A stretch of DNA of 64,000 nucleotides from Nemertoderma westbladi. Its lineage: Eukaryota > Animalia > Xenacoelomorpha. Location: NCBI GenBank assembly GCA_032718475.1, contig JAUCBJ010003953.1, positions 1 through 64,000 on the forward strand, written 5' to 3'. Within the stretch, counting starts at the first letter, position 1. Each line of letters begins with the position of its first letter. Under the pieces are notes generated by a model. The model saw nothing but the letters and a program-made list of their open reading frames with translations. It did no database searches and was not told the DNA's origin. Positions 51,058-61,316 of this stretch are shown here, in pieces. The position numbers and the translations under genes were made by a program.

Positions 51058-52612
51058 TATAACACTGCAGTAGCTACTGCTTCCGGTATTTATATAACAC
51101 TGCAGTAGCTACTGCTTCCGGTATTTATATAACACTGCAGTAGCTACTGCTTCCGGTATTTATATAACACTGCAGTAACTACTGCTTCCGGTATTTATAT
51201 AACACTGCAGTAGCTACTGCTTCCGGTATTTATATAACACTGCAGTAACTACTGCTTCCGGTATTTATATAACACTGCAGTAGCTACTGCTTCCGGTATT
51301 TATATAACACTGTAGTAGCTACTGCTTCCGGTATTTATATAACACTGCAGTAGCTACTGCTTCCGGTATTTATATAACACTGCAGTAGCTACTGCTTCCG
51401 GTATTTATATAACACTGCAGTAGCTACTGTTTCCGGTATTTATATAACACTGCAGTAGCTACTGCTTCCGGTATTTATATAACACTGCAGTAGCTACTGC
51501 TTCCGGTATTTATATAACACTGCAGTAGCTACTGCTTCCGGTATTTATATAACACTGCAGTAGCTACTGCTTCCGGTATTTATATAACACTGTAGTAGCT
51601 ACTGCTTCCGGTATTTATATAACACTGCAGTAGCTACTGCTTCCGGTATTTATATAACACTGCAGTAACTACTGCTTCCGGTATTTATATAACACTGCAG
51701 TAGCTACTGCTTCCGGTATTTATATAACACTGCAGTAGCTACTGCTTCCGGTATTTATATAACACTGCAGTAGCTACTGCTTCCGGTATTTATATAACAC
51801 TGCAGTAGCTACTGCTTCCGGTATTTATATAACACTGCAGTAGCTACTGCTTCCGGTATTTATATAACACTGCAGTAGCTACTGCTTCCGGTATTTATAT
51901 AACACTGCAGTAGCTACTGATTCCGGTATTTATATAACACTGCAGTAGCTACTGCTTCCGGTATTTATATAACACTGCAGTAGCTACTGCTTCCGGTATT
52001 TATATAACACTGCAGTAGCTACTGCTTCCGGTATTTATATAACACTGCAGTGGCTACTGCTTCCGGTATTTATATAACACTGCAGTAGCTACTGCTTCCG
52101 GTATTTATATAACACTGCAGTAGCTACTGCTTCCGGTATTTATATAACACTGCAGTAACTACTGCTTCCGGTATTTATATAACACTGCAGTAGCTACTGC
52201 TTCCGGTATTTATATAACACTGCAGTAGCTACTGCTTCCGGTATTTATATAACACTGCAGTAGCTACTGCTTCCGGTATTTATATAACACTGCAGTAGCT
52301 ACTGCTTCCGGTATTTATATAACACTGCAGTAGCTACTGCTTCCGGTATTTATATAACACTGCAGTAACTACTGCTTCCGGTATTTATATAACACTGCAG
52401 TAGCTACTGCTTCCGGTATTTATATAACACTGCAGTAGCTACTGCTTCCGGTATTTATATAACACTGCAGTAGCTACTGCTTCCGGTATTTATATAACAC
52501 TGCAGTAGCTACTGCTTCCGGTATTTATATAACACTGCAGTAGCTACTGCTTCCGGTATTTATATAACACTGCAGTAGCTACTACACTGCAGTAGCTACT
52601 GCTTCCGGTATT
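51058..52612. repeat. Minisatellite, 35-bp unit TATAACACTGCAGTAGCTACTGCTTCCGGTATTTA, about 44 highly homogeneous copies
   Basis: Direct tandem periodicity; the unit contains the perfect 14-bp palindrome GCAGTAGCTACTGC. Confidence 0.98.
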
Positions 52613-52900
52613 TTTTTGTCCTTTCATATTGTATCACCGCCGTTAATAATCATAAGATGTTTAGATGATTAAAATATAATAGTTAGAACGTAGTTGTTTA
52701 TAAGAATGATACCTAATCCTCTTCTGAAAAGTGTTAGAATAACATTGTTATATCACTTTTATGATAATAATTATTATTCGAATTTTGAGGGCGAAATATA
52801 TAAGTAATTAATTATAGGGGCCTAATATATATATATTTCTTATCAAATTATTCAACATATGAATATCCTACGATGGCTTACTATTGTCAGATGGGGGGGG

Positions 52901-53046
52901 GGGCTGGACGCAATAAAAATTCATTCCTCTCCAGTGGAAATTGGACGCAAATAACAGTTGATTACTCCCTGCTCCTTTCCCTAAATTGAGAATTTAACAT
53001 TGAGGCGGGATATTAATTCGCCACGATGGGATTTGCGTCCAGTCCC
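52901..53046. mobile_element. Small MITE flanked by poly-G and poly-C, with part of the shared core motif
   Basis: GGGCTGGACGCAA ... TTGCGTCCAGTCCC; internal CCTGCTCCTTTCCC is the reverse complement of GGGAAAGGAGCAGG. Confidence 0.7.
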
Positions 53047-53691
53047 CCCCCCCCCCCCCCCCCCCTGCTCACTCCTATAGATACGGAGAACCACATTTAT
53101 CCAAATTCAACAGTTATAATTAGTATTCTTTCATATCAAACATTAGTTGTATTTTAAAAATTTCAGTTGGAAAAGGTATTTTTCTTACCGAAATGTAAAA
53201 TGGGACCAAAACAAATTGCTTTTCAAGAAACCGTATTTTCGGGTCATTGCAGAAAATGGTTTAGATGCGCAGATTTCATATATCGAAATAGTATTTTTAT
53301 ATTTCAACCAACAGTTAAAATATAGCAATAAATGTTACTTTTCCTGGAATATAATTCTTACCGGTATTTCTACTTACTGTGGTTACTAAAATATTGTAGA
53401 ATATTTAACTCAACATATGTAACGACGAGATTGATTGGCACTCGGCGGATTAGACTACTCGTGGTTCAATAAGAATAAATAATAAGGTATTCGGACACAT
53501 TGTGGTTAGGTTAGTATCCCATGGTGACATGTTTAACTATCAATGCCTCATATAAATTCAAATAACGAACGATAACCTAGAACAGTCATGGGAGGTTTTA
53601 AGGCTGATGTTTATTAATTTACAAAAGTAAGATTGAAAAATGATGATACATGGTGAGAGTTTTAGAAGTAAACATAGGTGCAATTGAGTTA

Positions 53692-54845
53692 ATGGGTGCG
53701 CCTCACACACTCCCTCACCCCATGGGTGCGCCCCACACACTCCCTCACCCCATGGGTGCGCCCCACACACTCCCTCACCCCATGTGGATGCGCCCCACAC
53801 ACTCCCTCACCCCATGGGTGCGCCCCACACACTCCCTCACCCCATGGGTGCGCCTCACACACTCCCTCACCCCATGGGTGCGCCCCACACACTCACTCAC
53901 CCCATGGGTGCGCCCCACACACTCACTCACCCCATGGGTGCGCCTCACACACTCCCTCACCCCATGGGTGCGCCCCACACACTCACTCACCCCATGGGTG
54001 CGCCCCACACACTCACTCACCCCATGGGTGCGCCCCACACACTCCCTCACCCCATGGGTGCGCCCCACACACTCCCTCACCCCATGGGTGCGCCTCACAC
54101 ACTCCCTCACCCCATGGGTGCGCCTCACACACTCCCTCACCCCATGGGTGCGCCTCACACACTCCCTCACCCCATGTTAATGGGTGCGCCCCACACACTC
54201 CCTCATCCCATGGGTGCGCCTCACACACTCCCTCACCCCATGTTAATGGGTGCGCCCCACACACTCCCTCATCCCATGGGTGCGCCCCACACACTCCCTC
54301 ACCCCATGGGTGCGCCTCACACACTCCCTCACCCCATGTTAATGGGTGCGCCTCACACACTCCCTCACCCCATGGGTGCGCCTCACACACTCCCTCACCC
54401 CATGGGTGCGCCTCACACACTCCCTCACCCCATGTTAATGGGTGCGCCCCACACACTCCCTCATCCCATGGGTGCGCCTCACACACTCCCTCACCCCATG
54501 TTAATGGGTGCGCCCCACACACTCCCTCATCCCATGGGTGCGCCCCACACACTCCCTCATCCCATGGGTGCGCCCCACACACTCCCTCACCCCATGGGTG
54601 CGCGTGCGCCCCACACACTCCCTCACCCCATGGGTGCGCCCCACACACTCCCTCATCCCATGGGTGCGCCCCACACACTCCCTCATCCCATGGGTGCGCC
54701 CCACACACTCCCTCACCCCATGGGTGCGCCCCACACACTCCCTCACCCCATGGGTGCGCCCCACACACTCCCTCATCCCATGGGTGCGCCCCACACACTC
54801 CCTCACCCCATGGGTGCGCCCCACACACTCCCTCACCCCATGTTA
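53692..54845. repeat. C-rich minisatellite, 30-bp unit ATGGGTGCGCCCCACACACTCCCTCACCCC, about 37 copies, with 36-bp variants
   Basis: Direct tandem periodicity; 10-aa repeats appear in several frames on both strands. Confidence 0.97.
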
Positions 54846-55476
54846 CCATTTCTAATTTTTTTTCTAAATGATTCAAAATGGACCAATATTATTAACTGCA
54901 TTTTATTGCTGTGAATCAAATCAAATTACAGATATTTTTAGAGATCGCTTTCATTTAATGTATACAAAGTATTCAAATATATAAAAACTACAAAACGACC
55001 AACACAATATGGGATTTACCCATTAACTAGAGGGTATCTAAACCGTCTCTATTGTATATAATATAATATTCCCAAATAACAATTATTACCTTGAACCAAA
55101 TCACACACATTACAACGTATATATAAATAAATAATATCCAATTTATCTGATCGCAAAGTAATGGCATATCTCAAAAGATTACGGACGAATTTACTACATT
55201 ATTACTTCAATATATATGTAAAAACTTTTCAATAATGGTTCAAAAACTAAATAGGGCGTTTCATGATTTTCAGAAGAAGGAAAGAACACTGTGATAATCC
55301 GTGGAGAAATTTAGTGGGTAGTTGATGCTAATTGAGAAAAATTTCAAAAAATAACTTGTATAGTAACTTGTAACTGACGAACTAATTAAGTAATTTAACT
55401 TATAAAAAGCTAATCCTAACCCTGAAACATAATCTACTGGGGCAATGCGCCGATTTAACCTTGTGGGGGGGGGGGG

Positions 55477-55645
55477 GGGTGCAATCTTCGCCCGCAGGGA
55501 ATCTTCGACCGTGTCCAACCTTCGCCCGAGTGTGGGAAAGGAGCAGGTTACAGAGACGGCTTTTTCTAACCAAAACAATAAACGATGTGGATAACACTCA
55601 ATTTGAGGGCGAAGATTTCTCGTGGGCGAAGTTTGCTGCGTACCC
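55477..55645. mobile_element. Small MITE with CTTCGCCC subterminal repeats and a full copy of the shared core motif
   Basis: GCAATCTTCGCCCGCAGGGAATCTTCGACC vs GGGCGAAGATTTCTCGTGGGCGAAGTTTGC; core GGAAAGGAGCAGGTTACAGAGACGGCTTTTTCTAACCAAAACAATAAACG at 55535-55584. Confidence 0.78.
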
Positions 55646-56615
55646 GGGGAAGGGTCTTGGGAGAATTCAATTTGGTCTCGCTCACTTCTCTTAAGGAATA
55701 TCTGTTCAATAAAAGATGATTAAAAGCAAAAAGTAAACTCTAACCTGTCCTATTGGCTCCAATTACTTGTTTTGGTTAGAAGAACGTATACACTATAACA
55801 TGTTCTTTACTTAACTGATAAATAAAATTTATAATTAGCCGAGAAGGGGTCCCACCCCCCCCCCCCCCCCCCACCCCAACCCTACCCCAATTTATCTTCA
55901 ATTCAAACGCCCTTCATAAAGATTTGAAATACTGTAATTAGGAGAAAATAAATAATATATTTTAGACATTTTGTTACAAGGAACTAACTACTATAGGCCG
56001 ACTCTTTCAGTCTTTAAACCATTTGAATTAAGTCAGACATAATATGAATGGGAGCTCCCGATTTAGAGTCAGTAAATACTAACAGACGACCTTGTACTTA
56101 ACATTTTATCTCACTGTTCAACATTGATTCCTTAATTCCGGTCGTGTAAAACGAGTTATCCAAAGAATTTGGCCCCCACCGACATCTAACCCTCTAAATT
56201 TACAAAATACAAAAAAATTATAGAAAGAAATGCCCCTCTGGCGTAACAGTAATTAATAGCTACCATTCAAGCTCACACCATAAATAATATTGAAAAACAA
56301 CATAATAAATATTTATTAAAATTCACATCCCTAAAATAAGTCCAAATTGAATAAAACTGCCATGCAACCCTAACCGTAAATTCAGCAGACAATAAATGTT
56401 ATCAATTTTCCGCAAATTGCATGGGCGATATGTCATAATTCAACTTACACATTTTACGCAATATATAATAATAACGTAATTTTTAATCATCTACAGTAAT
56501 AGGGCGATTGTATAAAGGTATGGATATAAAAATATATTGACCTGAAACTCGGCCAAAAAGCAACAAGTTATTTAGTAAAATAGTGAGCCGGTAGTTTCTA
56601 TTCGGCCGTCGTAGA

Positions 56616-58025
56616 TAAAACTATGCCAGGTATCGGTTTAGGTACCATGTTGGCTCTAAAACTATGCCAGGCAGGTATCGGTTTAGGTACCATGTTGGCT
56701 CTAAAACTATGCCAGGTATCGGTTTAGGTCCCATGTTGGCTCTAAAACTATGCCAGGTATCGGTTTAGGTACCATGTTGGCTCTAAAACTATGCCAGGTA
56801 TCGGTTTAGGTACCATGTTGGCTCTACAACTATGCCAGGTATCGGTTTAGGTACCATGTTGGCTCTAAAACTATGCCAGGTATCGGTTTAGGTACCATGT
56901 TGGCTCTAAAACTATGCCAGGTATCGGTTTAGGTACCATGTTGGCTCTAAAACTATGCCAGGTATCGGTTTAGGTATCATGTTGGCTCTAAAACTATGCC
57001 AGGTATCGGTTTAGGTACCATGTTGGCTCTAAAACTATGCCAGGTATCGGTTTAGGTACCATGTTGGCTCTAAAACTATGCCAGGTATCGGTTTAGGTAC
57101 CATGTTGGCTCTAAAACTATGCCAGGTATCGGTTTAGGTACCATGTTGGCTCTAAAACTATACCAGGTATCGGTTTAGGTACCATGTTGGCTCTAAAACT
57201 ATGCCAGGTATCGGTTTAGGTACCATGTTGGCTCTAAAACTATGCCAGGTATCGGTTTAGGTACCATGTTGGCTCTAAAACTATGCCAGGTATCGGTTTA
57301 GGTACCATGTTGGCTCTAAAACTATGCCAGGTATCGGTTTAGGTACCATGTTGGCTCTAAAACTATGCCAGGTATCGGTTTAGGTACCATGTTGGCTCTA
57401 AAACTATGCCAGGTATCGGTTTAGGTACCATGTTGGCTCTAAAACTATGCCAGGTATCGGTTTAGGTACCATGTTGGCTCTAAAACTATGCCAGGTATCG
57501 GTTTAGGTACCATGTTGGCTCTAAAACTATGCCAGGTATCGGTTTAGGTACCATGTTGGCTCTAAAACTATGCCAGGTATCGGTTTAGGTACCATGTTGG
57601 CTCTAAAACTATGCCAGGTATCGGTTTAGGTACCATGTTGGCTCTAAAACTATGCCAGGTATCGGTTTAGGTACCATGTTGGCTCTAAAACTATGCCAGG
57701 TATCGGTTTAGGTACCATGTTGGCTCTAAAACTATGCCAGGTATCGGTTTAGGTACCATGTTGGCTCTAAAACTATGCCAGGTATCGGTTTAGGTACCAT
57801 GTTGGCTCTAAAACTATGCCAGGTATCGGTTTAGGTACCATGTTGGCTCTAAAACTATGCCAGGTATCGGTTTAGGTACCATGTTGGCTCTATTTATTAC
57901 AACCACAGTATCATGTCAGGTATCGGCTTAGGTACCGGTATCGGTTTAGGTACCGGTTTATGTATCGGTTTAGGTACCGGTTTAGGTATCGGTTTAGGTA
58001 CCGGTTTAGGTACCATGTTGGCTCT
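56616..58025. repeat. Minisatellite, 41-bp unit TAAAACTATGCCAGGTATCGGTTTAGGTACCATGTTGGCTC, about 31 copies, followed by 12-bp GGTA(T/C)CGGTTTA subrepeats
   Basis: Direct tandem periodicity to about 57892; 12-mer repeats at 57918-58015. Confidence 0.97.
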
Positions 58026-58225
58026 ATTTATTTTTCTAGTACACTAAGTTGTAAGTCAAACGCCACCTTTGAGGCGTAAGTACAGTAGTATTTTTCAAAA
58101 TAGATATTTAATTTATATGGTTTTGATTTTTTTTATGTATAGGTAAAATAGTGAGTAAGGGATGGTGCATTTCATCATATGAAATTATGCTGAATTTGGA
58201 AAAAAAAAATAAAGCAAGCTGGCTT

Positions 58226-59137
58226 TAAACGAACCTGCCCCTCAAACCAGTAAGTACCCTGGGTGAGCGAAAATGAAAACACGAAAATTGCCATCAACTC
58301 AACGATAGAAACACCAGCTGCTGGGTACTCATGAGAACCTAGTAAGCTACTACTATTTATTGAATGGATAGTCCAAACTGCAGAGAAGTATATTACTTGC
58401 CAAATTTATTACTATCTCACTCTAACCCAGACAGTAATCAAACATCAACTGTTAGTTTGTATAATGTATTACCCCCCAGCTGAATAGCTCTTCCCAGTCA
58501 ATCCTATGGGAATATCTATAAGGTTAATACTCACTGCTATGTTAGGTGGGAAGCCAGCTGATTGGATTGTAAGCACTGGGCCGTTCAAATGTTTTTTAGG
58601 TTGATGATAATGAATGAGGAGGGACCCAACTAATACTACGTTTGTCTATGGACGGTCTCCTTATAGCCAGCTGGCTGGCTTTTCTAGTTGAATCATATTA
58701 TTCCGCAACTAAATAATTTACTCTTTTAGACGAATTTGTGCGTTTTTTTTGCCGGACTAACAAATTTTGACGACGTTCTGTGCGAGATTGGCGATATTTG
58801 AAAATATTCTGAGGCACAAATATGTTGCTCAAATGACTGAATAGCCCAAATAAAAAAGTTGGTGCATACTCGACGAGTTGAAATCGGTGAAATTCGACAT
58901 TAAATTTTCCAAACCGTTATTTTTCAGTGATCCCGTGATCGAAACGCCACAAAAAACATGCAGTCTTGTGCGCAACCAAAATTTATGGAGAGTTTGTTAT
59001 TAAAATTTTTGCGTACATGCTTGAGTTTTTGAGATATTGGATGGTTATACATACACACATAACCACATCGTGTTTTTAAACGGCTCAACTCTTGACAAGA
59101 ACTACCCTGGCCTATTAATAGGCAGGTTCGTTATAAA
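58226..59137. mobile_element. Possible non-autonomous DNA element with short TIRs
   Basis: TTTAAACGAACCTGCC at the left vs GGCAGGTTCGTTATAAA at the right; no TSD confirmed. Confidence 0.4.
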
Positions 59138-59960
59138 ATACGAAAATGAAAAAAATGATTCCATGTCTGTAGTAATGCATTTGAGGTGCAATTATTATAA
59201 CTTTGGGTAATGCCGGGTCAATTTATAAATTTTTTTGTGTTGGATTGAACCTGAACCTACACGAGTATCTTGAGAACATTTGAATACTCGGCACGTTTTA
59301 TACCGATATTGGCAACATACCATGAGCTAAATATGTTAATATCATCATCTACAGTAGATTGAAGGTAATGAGAAAATCTACATGGTACTTAAATAAATAC
59401 AACCCGGGAACAAATCCAACAAATCAAATTAAAATAATTAACGAAAACGTATGCGGAAGACCCCAACAGCAAAATGCGTCACATTTAATATTAATAATTT
59501 CGACGCTTAAAATTTTATCATGGCACAAAAACGCAAGCATTGGAGCCAATAATATTGTCTATTTAAGGATATAGACTCTGTTTATTATAGTTTTATTGTG
59601 TTTGTTATGCCAATGATTGCTGACTCTGTAGATTCCGTATTGTAAAAGTAAATCAACTTATTGTCTGACAATTGAACGAGCGAATCAAACGTTAACGTAA
59701 ATATTAAGTATATGACACAATGGAATAAGTCTCATTCACTAAGTGAATTTACAACTATCTTATCACCGTTTAGAACGAATGAAAAACGACATAAGAACGA
59801 TTTTGCTATGGAACATATACGAGGCAAGAACATGTTAAGCTAAAATTAAAATGCCTGATGGTAAAAATTATTGCCATAAAAACACTTAACCTAAATGGAA
59901 GTAAACTATTCTCATTATGAATATTAATTAGATCTTAATTGCAACGGCATCGATCACCTG

Positions 59961-61316
59961 TTAGCCCCCACCTTCGTGTTCTTTATTATGGTAGCCCCGA
60001 GGCCAGTAGAGTATCCAGTAAACAGTCACCAGCGTAAAGAAACTAATGGGGAAGAAAAAGCGACTGAATTGATCGATTTTGTTGACATCAAAATCAACTT
60101 TCTGTCGGGCCCATCCGCGTTGGTTATTGCGTCGATTCCCGAAGATTAAGGATTTCACGCGAGACCACGGAGATTCCTCGTCTTGCATCCAAATGTTCCG
60201 CCTCCATGATGGCGGTTGGTTATCTTTCCCATGTCGCGGATCGCCTGCGTCTATAGCTGCACGTCTTCTCTCCAAACTCTTAACACGTTTCTTCATCTCT
60301 TGTTCCAAATAACAAACAGCTGCGAATTCGATGAGACTAGCGAAAACGAAGACAAAACATCCGGCGTAATACAAGTCGATTGCTTTCATGTAGGATATCT
60401 TTGGCATGTTGCTGTTTGTGGAGTCGATGAGAGTCAAAATGGTGAGAACCGCGGTGATTCCGAGGGCGGCCCGCGCCGGGATCGAGCTCTGCCCCACCCA
60501 GAAAGAGACCCAGGAAAGGATGACAATCAGCGTGCTGGGCACGTACATCTGTATGATGAAGTAGAGTGTGTTCCTGCCGAATTGGAACTCAGCTTTCAGG
60601 GTGGCCCATTCGCCAGTACTGAGGTTGCGAGAGAACGCGGTCCACGTGTAATTGAGAATTTCGAAATTAGCAAGTTTCACGTTATCCGACATGGTGATGG
60701 GTCTAGCGATGTCGGCCCATCCGTAACGCATGTCTACCGCGGTGTAGCCGTAACTCGCGACTCGTAATTCACACGTTTGCATATCCATTGGATAATCCTT
60801 GAGTTTCATTTCGCAACTGTTGGTCACTGTGGCCCGGAAACTCATGAGAATCTTACCGTCCGGATGCAACCGGAAGAATATATTCTTCGATGTGACGTCA
60901 TGAATATATGAATAAGTCTCGGAGTGGAAGAAAGAGTCAGGCATCCACAATGAGTTTGCCACGTCGTTACTGAGTACCATGGGGCGGCAACCCTTGTATA
61001 CGAGACGGCGGTCGAACCAGTACTGACGCAGGTATATTGTTAGCACGAAGTTCATTTCGTACTCTGAGATCGGGCCCATGTTCACGATGTGGAGGGTCAT
61101 GTTGACAAACACAGGATCTCGGCCGGCCCCAGGTCTCACTCGTTTGTCGTACTTGGTACTGTTTAGTAGGAGAAGTAGGATCTTTCTTTGATCTTCCTTG
61201 CCGTAATTGGAACAGTCCTTTGGTTCGGATTGCCCATTAACATCCATGACGCCCCACAAACCGATGAGCAACAACAAAACAAGAGTCTCCGATATAACAT
61301 TAGCTTGACAAATCAT
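59961..61316 (-). CDS. Second Cys-loop ligand-gated chloride channel subunit, paralogue of 47444-48781, 451 aa, intronless CDS
   Basis: Signal peptide, YDKRVRP, YLRQYW.D.RL, Cys-loop CEMKLKDYPMDMQTC, M1-M3 nearly identical to the paralogue including PAR, and IDQFSRFFFP. Confidence 0.95.
   Translation of the reverse strand: MICQANVISETLVLLLLIGLWGVMDVNGQSEPKDCSNYGKEDQRKILLLLLNSTKYDKRVRPGAGRDPVFVNMTLHIVNMGPISEYEMNFVLTIYLRQYWFDRRLVYKGCRPMVLSNDVANSLWMPDSFFHSETYSYIHDVTSKNIFFRLHPDGKILMSFRATVTNSCEMKLKDYPMDMQTCELRVASYGYTAVDMRYGWADIARPITMSDNVKLANFEILNYTWTAFSRNLSTGEWATLKAEFQFGRNTLYFIIQMYVPSTLIVILSWVSFWVGQSSIPARAALGITAVLTILTLIDSTNSNMPKISYMKAIDLYYAGCFVFVFASLIEFAAVCYLEQEMKKRVKSLERRRAAIDAGDPRHGKDNQPPSWRRNIWMQDEESPWSRVKSLIFGNRRNNQRGWARQKVDFDVNKIDQFSRFFFPISFFTLVTVYWILYWPRGYHNKEHEGGG

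Noticed and set aside
25551-52612. CRISPR-like appearance of the palindromic 22-bp and 35-bp repeats
   Set aside because: The units are contiguous with no unique spacers, there are no cas genes, and the context is eukaryotic.
53650-54914. His/Pro/Cys-rich repeat proteins of up to 391 aa
   Set aside because: The 30-bp unit is open in most frames on both strands and there is no signal peptide or unique domain. Indels being mostly multiples of 3 is noted but is not enough.
14613-60767. Antisense ORFs overlapping PLRG1, PTCD1 and the channel genes
   Set aside because: These are shadow ORFs of real coding sequence with no recognisable motifs.
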